NCBI GenBank assembly: GCA_050273025.1
Contig: CP158635.1
Span: 11,966,001 to 12,030,000 of the forward strand
DNA from: Cenococcum geophilum
Lineage: Eukaryota
Reading direction: 5' to 3'
DNA length: 64,000 bases
Part shown: one piece after another, positions 1 through 13,969 of the stretch
How the letters are laid out: every line of letters starts with the position of its first letter
Position numbering within the stretch: the stretch's first letter is position 1
Notes under the pieces: generated by a model
Seen by the model: only the letters and a program-made list of their open reading frames with translations
What the model was told of the DNA's origin: nothing
Database searches by the model: none
Made by a program: the position numbers and the translations under genes

Positions 1-2560
1 AGCTAAGAAAGAAGAAGGTTATTGCTAAACCACCTTTACCACCTCTACCACTACTACCTCCCTCAAACGTACCTCCACACCTCCAGTCATGAGATGGCCC
101 TACTTAACAGCCTCACCGCCGTACCGCCTGGTCTCCCGACTTGTCAAATATAGTAGTAAGGCCAGAAGATTAAGTCTCTAATATAACCGAGCCCGATCGA
201 TCTACAATTTAAACAACGCCAACGCCTAATCCCGATATACCTAAGATCTTGACTCTTATAACAGCTCCAACGTTTAGTACGTTTAGTGCTGATTGGTCTG
301 CTAAAGCGCGCGCTAGCGAGGCTCCTCCTAAAGATAAGAGTTAGTTTAATTAGTCCTGGGTCAACTGGAACAGATTACCTGGCTATATCATCCTAATCTC
401 CAAAGATAACGGTAAGCTCTCCTCCCCAATCTGGCGGTTAGGCGTATTAATGGAGAACCATAAGACCAGTGACCGGTGGTGGCTCTATAAGGAGTGTCAT
501 TACAAGTATAGTATTAAGGCCCACTCCTGGAACACCCGTAAAGGAAGCTCTAATATTATAAAGCATATTTAAGTAGTTTATGGTTGTACATTTAACAAGA
601 AGGGTAAGGAGGTGCCGTACGCGTTAAAGTCAATCTCCGTACTTAAAGGTCTCGATATAAATAATCCCCAAAAACAGCAGGTTCTTAATGAGTTGGCACG
701 TGCGTTTAATAAGAAGACATTTAGGCGACTTCTTCTTTAATAGATCGTCTATAATAACGTGTCTTTTAGGTAAGTTAATGGGCCGGTTTTTCGCGAGTTT
801 ATTAAATATCTGTTGCCTTGAGCAGTAGAATATATGCCTAGTAGATGGTTAGTTAGATCTTGGATTATTAAGGGCTATACTTACTATAAGGCGGTAGTAA
901 AGAGAGAGCTATAACGCGCGGTTAGTAAGATCTATTTATTTTTTAACTTATGGACGTTAGGCAACCTTCTTTTACTTAATAGCGTTATTGCCCACTTTCT
1001 TAATAAAGATTTCGAGCCTTAAGTAACTCTTCTTGCTATTCTAGAGCAGACTAGCTTATATGCTAGTATTAATATTACAGAAGGTATAATTGCCGTAATT
1101 AAAGACTTTGGCATTAAGAATGAGTAGATTAGGTATTTTATACTAGATAACGCGACTAATAATAATACGGCAATAACGGCCATTATAAAGGAGTTTAACT
1201 TTAATCCAATTAAGCGCTAGCTATGTTGTTTAGGCCATATTATTAACATTATTGCCCGCTACCTCTTATACGGTTATAACCCAGATTTATTTAAAGCGAA
1301 GGATGTGGTACCTAAAGATATAAAGGCGCAGTTATAGATATGGAGGAAGTGAGAACTAGTTAGTAAAGCTTATAACTTAATTATATAGGTGTATACAAGC
1401 CCTTAAAGAAGACATTAGTGGCATAAAAGTAAGTAGTTCTAAAAGTATAAACTAGTTAATAGTGTTAATAAATTATTAGGCTAAAAGACGTATCTCTAGA
1501 GCATCCTTTTAGAGGACTAATAGGACACAATAACAACCTAAGACCTCTCCCGATTTAACGCTACCCGCTAGAATAGTACTTATAAGGAATTCTATACACT
1601 AAATCAGCTTTACGCACCATTTAAAGACTTTATATAGTTAGAGCAGTAACGCGCAAGATAACTAAAAGAGAGGCTAAAATCTACTTGGCTAGAAGACCAG
1701 GACAACGCTTAGAATATAATCTTTAAAGATACGCTTACTGCGGATAATTAGGAGGTTCTAATATAGTACAAAAATTTACTTAAACCATGCTGGGTTGCAA
1801 CTATGGACCTGTAAGGCTAACTAGGTGATGGCAAGTTATACGGGCTAGTTAATGTTCAGCAGGACATCGAATGTATTACTAAAGAACTTACCTCCGCGTA
1901 CGAACGCTTTAAATCCGCACCGCCCTTATCAATTAAAGGAGAATGGCATTTTGCTACGCAAATCAAGTTCGCACTTAATAAGGCTTAACAGTACTATGCG
2001 AAGATCGATGAGTCAGCAGCCTATATTGCCGCAGTCGTTCTCCATCCTAGATACAATTGGCAGTACGTAGAAGCTCAGTAGGAGTATAAGAAGACTTGGA
2101 TTACGTCTGCCCGTAAATTAGTTAAATATCTATAGCTTACAGACTATAAGCAACAGCCTATCTCAGAAGCTCTATCCCCAGAGAAGAAGAAGCCTAGGCA
2201 TAAGCTTAATATCATGGAGGCCTATAGGATGAAAGGTCTTCAGAAAAGCGGCTATTAATGTCGTTCTGCTGCCGTGCAGGATAAATATAATCGCTATTGT
2301 ACGCAGAATTAAGTTAAAGATTGCGAGACCCCAATTAAGTAGTGGAGAACTATTGGCCGTAAATAGTACCCGCACCTTGCTCAAATGGCCATTAATCTCC
2401 TATTAATTCCAGCTATAAGCAATAAGCCAGAACGTATCTTTAGCTGTCTTGGCTAGATGATTATAAAATACCATAACCACCTTAAGCAGAGTATGATCTA
2501 GGCAACTTTATATCTCTACTCCTGGGACAAGAATAAGATTATTAATTTAAGACTTAATAT
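1..2560 (+). pseudogene. hAT transposase pseudogene
   Basis: BED-finger-like segment at ~480-590; F.LWT.GN (DLWTS-like) at ~945; LDNATNN at ~1143; RLCC.GHIINI at ~1215; hAT dimerisation motif IPA(M)S(D)(E)PERIFS at ~2405-2445; many RIP stop codons. Confidence 0.9.
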
Positions 2561-2712
2561 GACTCCACTTAAGCCTATAAAGTTAACTCCTCTAGAGTTA
2601 ATTAGGTCTAAGAGGCGGAGGTTATTAATTTAAGCAATCCTCATGAGTGCGATTTTCCATACCGGGCATGGAAAATCCTAATTGGTTGGTAGAAGTTAGG
2701 GTCCGCAGATTA

Positions 2713-2985
2713 CAGTAGAACTCGGTAGACAGTTGCGGTGGACAGTTGCGGTGGAACTTGGTGGACAGTTACGGTGGAACTTGGTGGACGGTTGCGGTAG
2801 AACTTGGTAGACAGTTACGGTGGAACTTGGTGGACAGTTACGGTGGAACTCAGTAGACGGTTGCGGTGGAACTTAGTAGACAGTTGCGGTGGAACTTGGT
2901 GGATAGTAGTGGTGGAACTCAGTAGACAGTTATGGTGGAACTCGGTGGATAGCTGTGGTGGAGCTTAGCAAACAGCTATAGTTAG
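2713..2985 (+). repeat. 23-bp minisatellite (GGTGGAACTTGGTGGACAGTTGC), ~11-12 copies, in the hAT 3' region
   Basis: Direct inspection of tandem units. Confidence 0.95.
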
Positions 2986-3181
2986 ATTATACTGAAAACC
3001 ATATTAGGCCGTTAACTTATGTTACGTAAGTGGCGAAAATCGCCAGAATTGGCTTGATATACGGCAAAATTAAAGCCTGGGCATGGATAAAGTTTGGATC
3101 TCGATCCAGATCCGATGGATTTAATAGATTTGAGGCTAACTGGATTTGGATCTAGATCCAATCCATCCATCTCTTACACTG

Positions 3182-4336
3182 CTTACTATAGGTCTTTACT
3201 TAGGTAGTTTATTAATCTATAACTTAGGTAGGTTACGGATCTATAGCTTAGGCGACAGGAGGGTTTTGGTCCGTATTTTAGTTTACGGGGGTATTACGGT
3301 CCGTAACTTAAGTACTAGGTATACTTTAGCCCATAAAATCAATTCTAAAATCGCTTAGGTTTATAGGACGAATTTGGTTAAGTAGGTTAGGTATAAGGCT
3401 AGCAATGCTATTAAGTTTAGGAGAAGCAAAGAGTTTATTAGTGGCTTTGACCTAGTCTAGGATTTCCTCTTTAGTCTATTCCGTTTGGTCCTCCTCCTAT
3501 ATTATATTATATAAGGACCGTACAACAGTAACTCGTTTATCCTTTTTAACCCATACACCTTAGTAATATAAAAGGGTTCGTAGGTTACGGATAGCAGTAG
3601 GGTTATAAGCCTTAAGAATAGCTTCCGTAAAGTCCGCAAAGTCTTCCTTATATTACTCCCATAGGTTATCATTTAAAAGCTTATAGTGTCCGTATTTAAG
3701 GATTTTAAAATTAATATAGTCGTTAACGCCGTCCGTAGATGTAAGGTCGACTCCCTAACTCCACTTCTTTTAACCTTTACTAATTTACTTAGTTATATCT
3801 ACTATATTATATAACGTAGTATATCTATATAAGCTATAGTAGGTAATAGTAGCTTATAGCGGGTAGAGGAGGTCTTATAACGGTCCGTAAAATCAATTAG
3901 CGGGTCCGTAATAGTTTAAGAGGTCTTATAGTAGTCCGTAAAGGTAATTAACGGGTCCGTAACGGTTTATAGAAGGGTAGGGGGTTTCCATAAGGTCCAA
4001 AGAGGTTTAAGGTTTAAGGGGGTTAAGGATAAAGGGTTCTGTAAAGGTCTATATTCGTATCTATAAACTTTTAGTAAACCGTACTAAGACTTAAATAAGT
4101 ATACAGAGTTGGTAATAGGTCCGTAATCCCCGACTTCCAACCTTCTAGCAGGTCGTACTAGGAGTCTAAACAGGTAGTCGCTGTCGTGTATCGCTTAGGG
4201 GAGGTATTAAGTAATTGCTAATCTGTGCGCGCTTACTAATCAGTGTTTGTATCAACTTAATAATACAATTGAGTTATATCCAGGGGCACGAAATACGTAT
4301 AATATCGTATGCTCTTTTGGATGATGGTAACTGTCA
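3182..4336 (-). mobile_element. Truncated LTR retrotransposon, probably Ty1/Copia (gag N-terminus + probable 5' LTR ~4205-4336), cut by the hAT
   Basis: Minus-strand EDFADFTEAILKAYNPTAIRNLR...GVWVKKDKRVTVVRSLY...EEDQTE resembles a fungal Copia gag N-terminus; candidate LTR TGACAG...TTAATA (RIPed TTGACA). Confidence 0.6.
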
Positions 4337-4950
4337 ATTATATAAAGCAGACTACGTAGTTTATATACTAATACGCCTCCCCCTTAATTAGTTAGTGCTC
4401 TAGGAGTGCACTAGATATATACGCAGGTGGTTAGTACACCGAACGCGTAAATGCGTGGTTGATGTACCGAACGCGTAAGCACGCGGTTGGTATAGTAGGT
4501 GCTGTAATTATACAGAGAGCTATTTCTTTTTAAACTATTACTGTCTAACCCTACTAGGTATATGCTAACGCGACGTAAAAGGATAAGATTTATCCTTAGC
4601 ACTATTCTATTAATTTAAGAGGTCTTAATAAAAAACTATGCTATATATATAGGACTATTAAAGGGTCTTAGAAAGAGTTAGCTTAGTTTTAGACTTTAAA
4701 TATAGCTATAAAAGGGGAATATAAACAAATGCTTAATAAGGAGCGGCAAAAGTATTTAGGGTATTATTAAGCCTACATAAATCTCTATAATTAGCACAGT
4801 AAAGTACTTACTAACCTTTAATCTATAGCCTATAAACAGCTTTACTTATATTAGGAACTTAATAAGGTAAAGAAGTAATTATAAATATATAAGATAGAAG
4901 CGGATAATTATAAGCGCTCTAAGGACAACGGGCCTTCCTTAGGCAATAAT

Positions 4951-7900
4951 TGTCAGATAATCTGTATTCTCTATAGCGTAGGACGTGCACAAGTCACGTG
5001 CACGGGGCCCGTGCTTTGTAAATATCTTTATTTAAGCCTAGGGGCCCTAGGTCAAGACACAATTAAGATCATCAATTAATTAACCCATTTTATCAATAAA
5101 TAGCTCTATATGAGTTATCTGACAGTTATAAGCCCGGTCCGCCGACTCAAGAAGCTATTTAGCTATTACTCAATCATTTAAAGAAATTCTACCTTATCGT
5201 CAGACTCTAACACCTCATCGTCACAAGACGACCCTGATCGAAATCCTACCTCAATTATCACAGGACGAGATTCCACGAGATTCCACGAGATTCCACCTTA
5301 ATCGTCACAGGACGATCCTGATAATAAGGACAATCCTAATGATAAGGACGATCCTAACAACAAGGACAATCCTAACGACAAAAATACCATCTTAATTCCT
5401 CCTTTGCCTATTAGTTAAATGACTCCACCATTAAGTTCGTCTACTACAATTATCCTTAATAAGCTAGAAGACTAGGAGTAATAGATCTGGCAACTATAAG
5501 CCCTTATAGACAAACGAATTTAGGCCTATATTAACCTAGACAATGCAGCACCTTAATAAGGTCTACTATAAGAACCAGCCTATCCAGAAGTTATAGATTT
5601 TAATAAGAATGCAACCTTATATATATAGCTCTCAACGAATTAATAAAGGGCGTACAAGAACAGCAGACGATACTACAACTAAGATATAAAGTACTTCCTA
5701 AAATAGGAAGATTATCTGCAACAAATACGCACCTAGATTACGTCTATAGTATTAATTCAGAAGAAGCTACTGCTTAACCCTTCCTTAACAGTTAAAGAAT
5801 GGCTATCTTAACTAAAGGAGAACACCGAACCTACCTTATCGTTCGTTAGAAAGAAGGTACAATACTAGTATACAGAAGCCCTTAAGGGGTTCAAATAGTT
5901 ATTAAAATTAAACCTATAGCTAGATTAATGGGAACATATAATAGTACTAGGAGAGAAGTATAAGATCCCTTAAATGTCAGAAGGAATCTAGCTTTAAGAT
6001 TTAGCAGACATTATTTAACCTTTTAGCGACGCCTACTATATAAAGTATACTACCAAGTTAAATAACCTATAGAAGTTAAGATCTTCCGAATACCGTAGAG
6101 TAGTAAAGGAGCTGTAAGAAGGACTTATAAGACCCTTAAAGAAAGCCAATACTACTATAAGAGGGAGTACCTTTAATGCAGACTTCGCAGAGCAAGCTAT
6201 TAAGGATTACTTTAATACTACTAAAGGTTTACGAAGAGGAGCCTTAGTATATAATAGACGCTTAAAGAGACCCGGGACACTAGTAGATAAGGAGACGTCC
6301 TATAAGAAGCTAACCCTTAAGTGCTTAGCGTGCGGAATACGAGGACACTCCCTTAGGGACTATTGGTGTTTATTTAAAGATAAAAGACCTATAGGAGTTA
6401 TAATAGGAGATGCTTGCATTAATAGGGCACTAAAGAAGGTAGAAAAGAATAAGAATCTTACTAACTAAGTTGCAAAGATTAGACTTAAAGAATAGGAAGA
6501 TAAGGCTTAATAATAACAGGATAAGAGCCAGGAGACAGTTAAGATTAAGGGAGAAGCTAATGCGATATTCCTAGAATCGTATTATACCGGTTAACTCTAT
6601 CCACTAAAGCTATTAACTATTCTTAACTCAGAAACCACTCTCTATATCTTTAATAACCTCTCTTGTTTCTATAACTTTAGGAAAGCTCTAAAACACAAAT
6701 ACATTATTACCGGCAGCTTAGAAGTACCTATACTAGGCTACGGCAACATTACTATCTAAGTCACAAAACTAGATAAGAGTAAGGGAATCCTACGTCTTAA
6801 GGACGTTGCCTTTTATACGGACTTTAATACAAACCTTATATTATTCCGTCTACTTTAAAAATAAGGGTACTACTGGGATAATAAAGGAGATAATAATCTT
6901 CTAGTTCGGAAGGATAATATAATCCTATATTAAATGGAAGAACGTTACGGACAATAGACTATTAAATACGCCCGACTAGGAAGTCTATTAGCGTTTAATA
7001 TAAGCTAATTGCTACGCCAACGGAAGCGCAGAGCATTATTAAGAGACACTCATCCAGATTTAAAAGGAGATATACGTTTATAGCATCTACGTCTAAGTTA
7101 TCCAGGACCTATAAGCCTTTATTATTTAGGTCTTAACGCCTTAGGAGTTAAGCTTTAAGGCCTAAAGATAACGGAATATTAATAGTACAGTCTCGCTAAA
7201 ATTAAGCGTTAGGTCTTAAGAAGGTTCTTAAAATAGAAGATTAATAAACCCTATCTTAACCTCTATATTAACTAGACTAACCTTAAAAAAGCGTATACTG
7301 GATTTATATAAGTTATACTTATCCATAACACCTACTTAGGAAGATCCTTTCCGTACTTTATAACAACGCACGGTAAGGAGAAGGAGACACTATAAGTGCT
7401 TAAAGATTTTATCCAGTGGATTCGTCTAAGGTATAACCTTAAGGTTAATACCATTAGATTAGACAACAAGCTAGGGAGAAAAAGAACCCTTAAATGGCTA
7501 TAGACTTAAGGGATTATATTTAAGCCTTCAGCGCTATATACCTAAGCTTAGAACGGTACCGCCGAACGCTTAGGGGGTATAATTATTAAGAGAGTATAAG
7601 TAATAAGAATTGCTACTAATCTACTATATAACCTATAGAATAAAATAGTCGACTATATAGTCTACCTTTAAGATTAAACGCCACGGGAAAGCAATGGTTG
7701 GATATTGCTATATAAAAGGTTTCATACCTTCCTAGCCAATAGGAGATTAAGAAAGCCGTAACTAGCGCACCTAAAAGCCTACGGCTATAGGGCGTACGCG
7801 ATAACGTCGGACGCCCAGCTAAGAAAGAAAAGGCTAAGTAAGCTAGATCCGCGAGCCTATATCGGCTATCTTATCGGCTATAACTCTACTAATATCTACA

Positions 7901-10538
7901 GGATCTAGATCCTATATAAGGGTATTATTATCTCTATAAGGGATGTTATCTTTAACAAAAAGACGTTTTTTAATGGTAAGCGAACGGATATCTTAGAGGA
8001 CCTATACGCTAAATTAGATATACTAATTAAGAAGATTTAACTACTTAATACCCAGACTAAGAATAAGGTCCTTCTAAAAGACGATAAAAAAGTATTTAAA
8101 CTGTTAATTTAAGAGGAAGACGACGACGTTAATAAGCCAATTTAAGTCTTTAATAAGTTAGCAGATCTTAAGCTTGCAAGAGCTCTTAAAGATATATACT
8201 ATACACCACCTCCAACAGAAGAAGACGAAGAATCTCTATGTGCCTTTTACATTAAGTATCCTATAAAGTTAGATATACAAGGTACTAATTAAGACGTCGC
8301 TTATTAGGTAGGAGATGCGTTTAACACTTAGGGGGTGTCTAATAACTCAGTTAAAGACTCGTTTAAGGAAGCCAGCGATAATAGGTTTAAAGACTTTATT
8401 ACTAAAAGGATCACATCAGCCTATTACGGCGCCTTCTTAGCAGGAAGAAAGTTTAACCTTAATAGTTAACTTAATAATAGCAAGCTAAAATCAGGCAGAA
8501 TACGCAATATTAGATTAAATAGGAAGAACCTACCTCCGCTACCCTAGTTAATCTAGGACCTTAATACGCATCCTCTTTAAGATTAGTTCCAAAAGGCTTA
8601 ACAAGCCTATCTCCAATCTTATTATTAAATAAGGTTGTTTTAAAAAACAGATAAGAAGTATATAAAGGGATAGCAGGTCCTTAGCTTAATGTAGGTGTTT
8701 ATCTATAAGACGGACAAGCACGGATTTCTCCAGAAATATAAGGCACGCTTAGTAGTCTGCGGAAATCAATAGGCCCCAGGAGACCTACCTATGAGAGCCA
8801 CTATATTGGCTAGTACGACCTTCCGAACCCTTATGGCGATCACTACAAAATTCGACCTAGAGACGACACAAAAAGATACAGTTAATGCGTTTGTCTATTG
8901 CGATCTCGACGAGGTCGTCTATATAAAGCTACCGCCAGGGTTTAATAAAGGAAAGATAGACAAAGTACTGCGCTTAAGAAAAGCCCTATACGGTCTATAA
9001 CGATCACCACTGTTATAGCAGAAGAATCTTACGAGCTTATTAAACGAATTAGGTTTCAAAGAAGTACCCTAGGAGCCGTGTATTATGCTAAAAGGTAGAA
9101 TAGTTATCTTCTTCTACGTTAACAATATTGTCTTCTGCTACTAAAAGATAGATAAAAAGAAAGCTTAAGAAGCAATTAAGGAGCTAAGCAAGGAATACTA
9201 GATAAGTACCCTTAGCGAGCTAAAATGGTTCCTAGGAATTTATATGCTACGCAATTGTAGCTAGAGGCTCCTATAGCTATCCAAGGAAGCCTATATTAAG
9301 AAGATAGCTAACTAGTATAAGATAGATCTTAGAGGGCGTCTTTTAGATACTCCTATGGTAGAATTGGAACTCCTCCTTACCAATTACCGTATAATCCGTC
9401 TAACGCGTCTGTCCCCTAATACAGACCTATTAGTCCGTCCTATATCCCTACTAGCTTCTATAATACTATATTAGAGAAAACTGGGTTTAGTACTCTATAT
9501 AGCCACTATAACGTGTCCGGATATTACCTTTGCAGTATTACGGCTAGTAAGGTTTAATTAGGACCTAAGCTAAGAGTACTATTAAGTGGCAGATAGAGTT
9601 ATCTAGTACCTATATAGCATAAGGAGCAGAGCAATCTACTATGGAGGAGATAAGGAAGGAACGAACAGTAGAGGGAGAGATAAAGGAATACGCGACTAAG
9701 GATAAGACGACGGAGACGGTAGAAGTAAAGCATAATTATTTATCTATGCTAGCAACGCATCATTCGCGGACAACTCCATTAATAGAAAGAGCTTGTAAGG
9801 ATATATTATAAAGCTATTTAGGGGACTAATCGCCTAGAGAGCAAATAAGCAGGGTACTGTTACGACGATAAGCACAGAAGCCAAGTTATTAGCCCTATTA
9901 TAGACAGCAAAGGAAGCTATCTTCATTAGTAGGCTATTTAAAGTAATAACGTTATACCTAAACGAGCCCTTAATTATTAACTGCGATAATATCTAGACAC
10001 TCTAACTAATTATAGAAGACACAGCAAAGCTAATCACGAAGCTCCGACACGTTAATATCTATTAATACTGGTTGCGATAAAAATACGCAATAAGACGAGT
10101 GCTATTATAATGGAAAGCGATAAAGGAGATGATCGCCGATGGACTTATAAAGGCCCTGCCCAAGTAGAGGTTTAAGAGCTTCGTTAATATAATCGGAATA
10201 GTGGATATTAAGGAGCGGCTAAATAAGGAGAAGCAACTGGAGGACCTAAGGGAGAAGGTTAGGGCGAGAAGGAAGAATTTAGAGGAGATTATAGTTTAAT
10301 TAACGCATTAACGGATGAGAAGGTGGTTAGCTTTAACCTCAAAGAGCTTAAAGCTAAGGGGGTGTGTCAGATAATCTGTATTCTCTGTGGCGTAGGACGT
10401 GCACGAGTCACGTGCACGGGGCCTGTGCTTTATAAATATCTTTATCTAAGCCCAGGGGCCCTAGGTTAAGACACAATTAAGATCATTAATTAATCAACCC
10501 ATTTCATCAATAAATAGCTCTATATAAGTTATCTGACA
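4951..10538 (+). mobile_element. Full-length Ty1/Copia LTR retrotransposon, RIP-mutated
   Basis: 174-bp LTRs at 4951-5124 and 10365-10538 (TGTCAGATAA...TTATCTGACA); ATAAT TSD on both sides; PBS-like GTTATAAGCCC; PPT AAGGGGGTG. Confidence 0.97.
5419..10290 (+). pseudogene. Copia gag-pol polyprotein pseudogene (gag, zinc knuckle, PR, IN, RT, RNase H)
   Basis: CLACGIRGH knuckle at ~6322; protease-like IL(D)S(G)TTL(H)IFN at ~6620; (W)HLRL..PG at ~7080; integrase (Q)NGTAER at ~7550; RT DTVNAF / LRKALYGL (ORF 8791-9000); RNase H at ~9740-10190; IN precedes RT, the Copia order. Confidence 0.95.
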
Positions 10539-10543
10539 ATAAT

Positions 10544-13500
10544 AAGAATAGCAAAGTCAATTGGGTAAACTAGGAGGTGGTAAAGTAAGGACTTAAAAAT
10601 ACCGCAGATTAAAAGGTTAGGGAGTTAAAATCTTACAAATTAGCTCTAAGCTAGGCAACCTTTCTAAAATAGACCTTAGCCCTAAATAGTAGAAATCAAA
10701 AGGGGTTTAGAAAAGACTTCCGGAATATAGGGCTGCCGTATTAAGCTATTAAGACTTAAAAATACAGGAGGGGAATAGCGGTCTTAAAGCTAATTAGGCG
10801 TTAAGTAAGCGATATCGTTATCTAGTTTTTATTAATTGGTTTTCTAGAATAAATTTAATATTTAAACTACAATAAGATATTTAAGGCGTATAATTTCTTC
10901 TTACCCTAGTATAAGGAAGTGACTTTTTTTAAGTACGCTATTAGTTTTTTATTAAAGGGTGCTAGTTAGCGGGCCTCCCTCTCTTTTAATGGTTAGCTCT
11001 ACTAAATAAGCATCTAAGTTAGACCTTGTGTTAATTTTAATTAAATATAATAATCTACTAATACAGTATAGGGTTAAGCTATACTGCTTAAGGGACTTCT
11101 ATAGGAGCTAAATAAGTATTTTTATAGCACCGTGCTAGAAAATTACCGCATAATTGGCCTATTTAAGACACTATATAACTAGTAGATTTTACTAACTTCT
11201 AAACTCTATCTAAAGTTAAGTATAAAGAAGATAGCTAAGTATAAAATATTAAAACTTTAAAATAAAAACGTGTAAGGCCTATCTATATATATATCTATAC
11301 CTACGCTTTTAAGCCTTCTTAACTATATCGCTTTCGCAGTTTTTCTATTTTTTTCTAGTGTGTAGAGAATAGATTTGTCCTAGGGGTGCTACCGGGTCTA
11401 TAGATTTTAATTCTTAAGGTTTCTTAAGCTTATTAATCTTTCGCTCTATAGCACTAATACAATTAGCAGCATTAATTAGTGCATTTTTATACTCTTATAT
11501 TATCTCTAACTTTTTATTTTTAAACTCCGTAATCCTAGCTTCTAATTAGTCTATCTTAGCTATTCTTTACTCTATTATATCCTAATTCTTATTATTTCTA
11601 TTAACTAAAAGTTTCTTATATTCCTTAATTGTTAACTTATAGGCGTGGATTTCGTCTTAGGTTTCTTTTAGTTGCTAGTATTAAGATAAATACTTTTTGG
11701 ATATATTATTGAGGTTATTAGCTATTATCTAGTATTAGTTATAGAGGTTTTTATATACCTTAAAGCATTCTAGGCGATGCTGCTGCTTTACTTATACCCG
11801 CGTTTATAAGCCGCTAATATAGTTTAATGTTTATATAACGCTTTTTAAGAGGCCTATATTGTTTTAGAAGCCTTAAAAAGCTTTTTATTAATAGTAATAA
11901 GCTATTCTTTTATAGAAGGAGACTAAGAGTAAGCATCGTTATAAGGGCTAGGCCCTTTATTTTTTAAGTTAATATAAGTGTCCTAGTAAGTTAGATATGG
12001 CGGACTATAAGATAGATTTAATTCCTTACCTTAATTATAGTTTGTTTTTCGATATTCCGTAAAAGCTGCTAAGAGGCCATTTTTAGTTGCGTATTAAAGG
12101 GCTATACTACGGTTAGTATCTTCTAGAATCCTTTATGTTTAAGGCAGAAACAAGCTATATAGCAGTTCGGCGGGCTTATTACGTTAAACGGTCTATAAAG
12201 ATTTCTATTTATAGCTCTTAGGAAGTTAGACCTTAAAATAGGGTATATGTGTCCTCTAAGGCTAAAGACCTTTTTTTGGGAAAAGGGCGTAGAGGAGTAT
12301 ATTAGAGTGCTTCTAAATTTAAACTGCTTTGTAAATATCTTGCTAAATAACCATTAACTAATATCTTATTAGTTTATATAAAGTTGGTTTTTAGTCTAAA
12401 TAGGCCTTTTTTAGGGCCTTTATTGCCTATCCTTATATCCTTCTTATAAGGAACGTCGTTAAGCAATATACTAACTATAGTCTAAAATGCTCTTGCTAAG
12501 CTTTGTAGGTTTATAGCAAAACGCTAGTAATAAATTATTAAAGATTTAGAGGATAATAGGCTAGGCTATAAAAGACGCGGAACTTGGCTTAATATTAGGT
12601 AGTGCGAAAGTATAAGGGCATTTAAAGATAGAATTACTATACTTTTCTATATAGAATTTGCGTAGAAATTGACGAGGTGCGATTAGGGACCTAAGTTACT
12701 AAAGCTTAGTAATGTAACGATTAGATCTAAAACCTAGGGCTTTAAGGCTAAGTAAGAAATAGGTCTAAGCTACCTAGCGCATTGCGTTACTATTAATTCT
12801 TTGTTTAGTAAATACTTAAAAGCTTAATTAGTACTAGAAATCGTAAGATATATAAGAATTTTCTATAATGGTGATAATGTTTAGTAAGAGTATATAGTAA
12901 GCTATATAGTTAGGCACCAACTAAGATATAACTAAGGCGTTACAGTAAAACTTCCCCTACTTAGTATGCTATAGACCGTGTAATCTTCTACTATACCTGC
13001 CCGACTAGTAGGGCAATTAGTTATTTATAAACTCTATATATAATTCTAGTGGCGTAGCTACCCTTCCTAATTAGGAGATTTCCAAATAAAACGATCTGCT
13101 AAATTTCTTATTAATCTTAAATAGTTCGCTCCTGTAAATATAGCAAGCTATTAAAGACTAAGATATTTTAGTTTAGCCTTTAAGCAAGGAATATAAACTT
13201 AAGTAAATAGTCTTAAGTCTTTAATATAGAATAGAGAAGCTTAAGGAACTATTAAGGAATTTTTAGAATGAGTAGGTCACTGTCTGGGCGGGAGATTTTG
13301 AATATAGCTAATATATACTAGGTTAGAAGAAAAGAAGATAAGGTAATAAAACTTAACTACTGCTAGTAGTTCTATTTCTAAGCTAGAATAGGATTTATCT
13401 AGAGATTAACGCTTCTATTAAAAAGTTAAAGGTATAAATACTTAAACTTAAGTATATTACTAAATATATAGTAGAGAAGTAGAAAGATACCGCTAAGTAA

Positions 13501-13969
13501 TCGATTTTAATAAAGCACTTCTGTGATGATCGCCCACTGAGCCAAACGAACGCAACTGGTTAAAAAGGTACAGTGTCGAACTAAATGGTTTAACTGGCTC
13601 GATAACTAATATATATACGTTCGTGCCCCTTATCGTTACCTAACAACTTCCTAGTATTGCTAGTTAGCAGCTTATTATAGTATTAAGCGTTAGAATAATC
13701 TGTGTTTTGAAAATATTTACTATACTTTAACGCGATGCTTAGCTAAACTTATATAGTATATTCTTATATAGTTCTCAAGAAACCATACTGCCCAGTATTT
13801 AGTTTTATTTTGATTAGTAATATTTCTTAAGGGAAAAATAAAAGCCTAGCGTTAAAAACGTTAAGCACTGCTGCTATATCTATAAGAAGTAGGTGAAATT
13901 AGCTTCCGCCAATCTAATTAATAAATTTAGTATATATATAGCATATATACTCCTTATCTATATAGTTTA
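10544..13969. pseudogene. Unidentified, heavily RIPed gene-like DNA (contiguous with 4337-4950 and 19870-22380 once the inserted TEs are removed)
   Basis: TSDs show the Copia and Gypsy inserted into this sequence; intron-like GTAGGT...GCTAAT...TAG at ~13272-13321; E/K-rich coiled-coil-like frames; no TE domain recognised. Confidence 0.35.

Larger units (their letters stand above)
1..3181 (+). mobile_element. hAT DNA transposon (5' end outside window), RIP-mutated
   Basis: Transposase remnants; ends ...CCATCTCTTACACTG at 3181 (TIR reads CAGTGTAAGAG on the minus strand) with subterminal GGAT/ATCC repeats at 3085-3170. Confidence 0.85.

Noticed and set aside
2713..2985. CRISPR-like array (also considered for 60585-61130 and the 99-bp ankyrin repeats)
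   Set aside because: Units are contiguous with no unique spacers, there are no cas genes, and the context is eukaryotic
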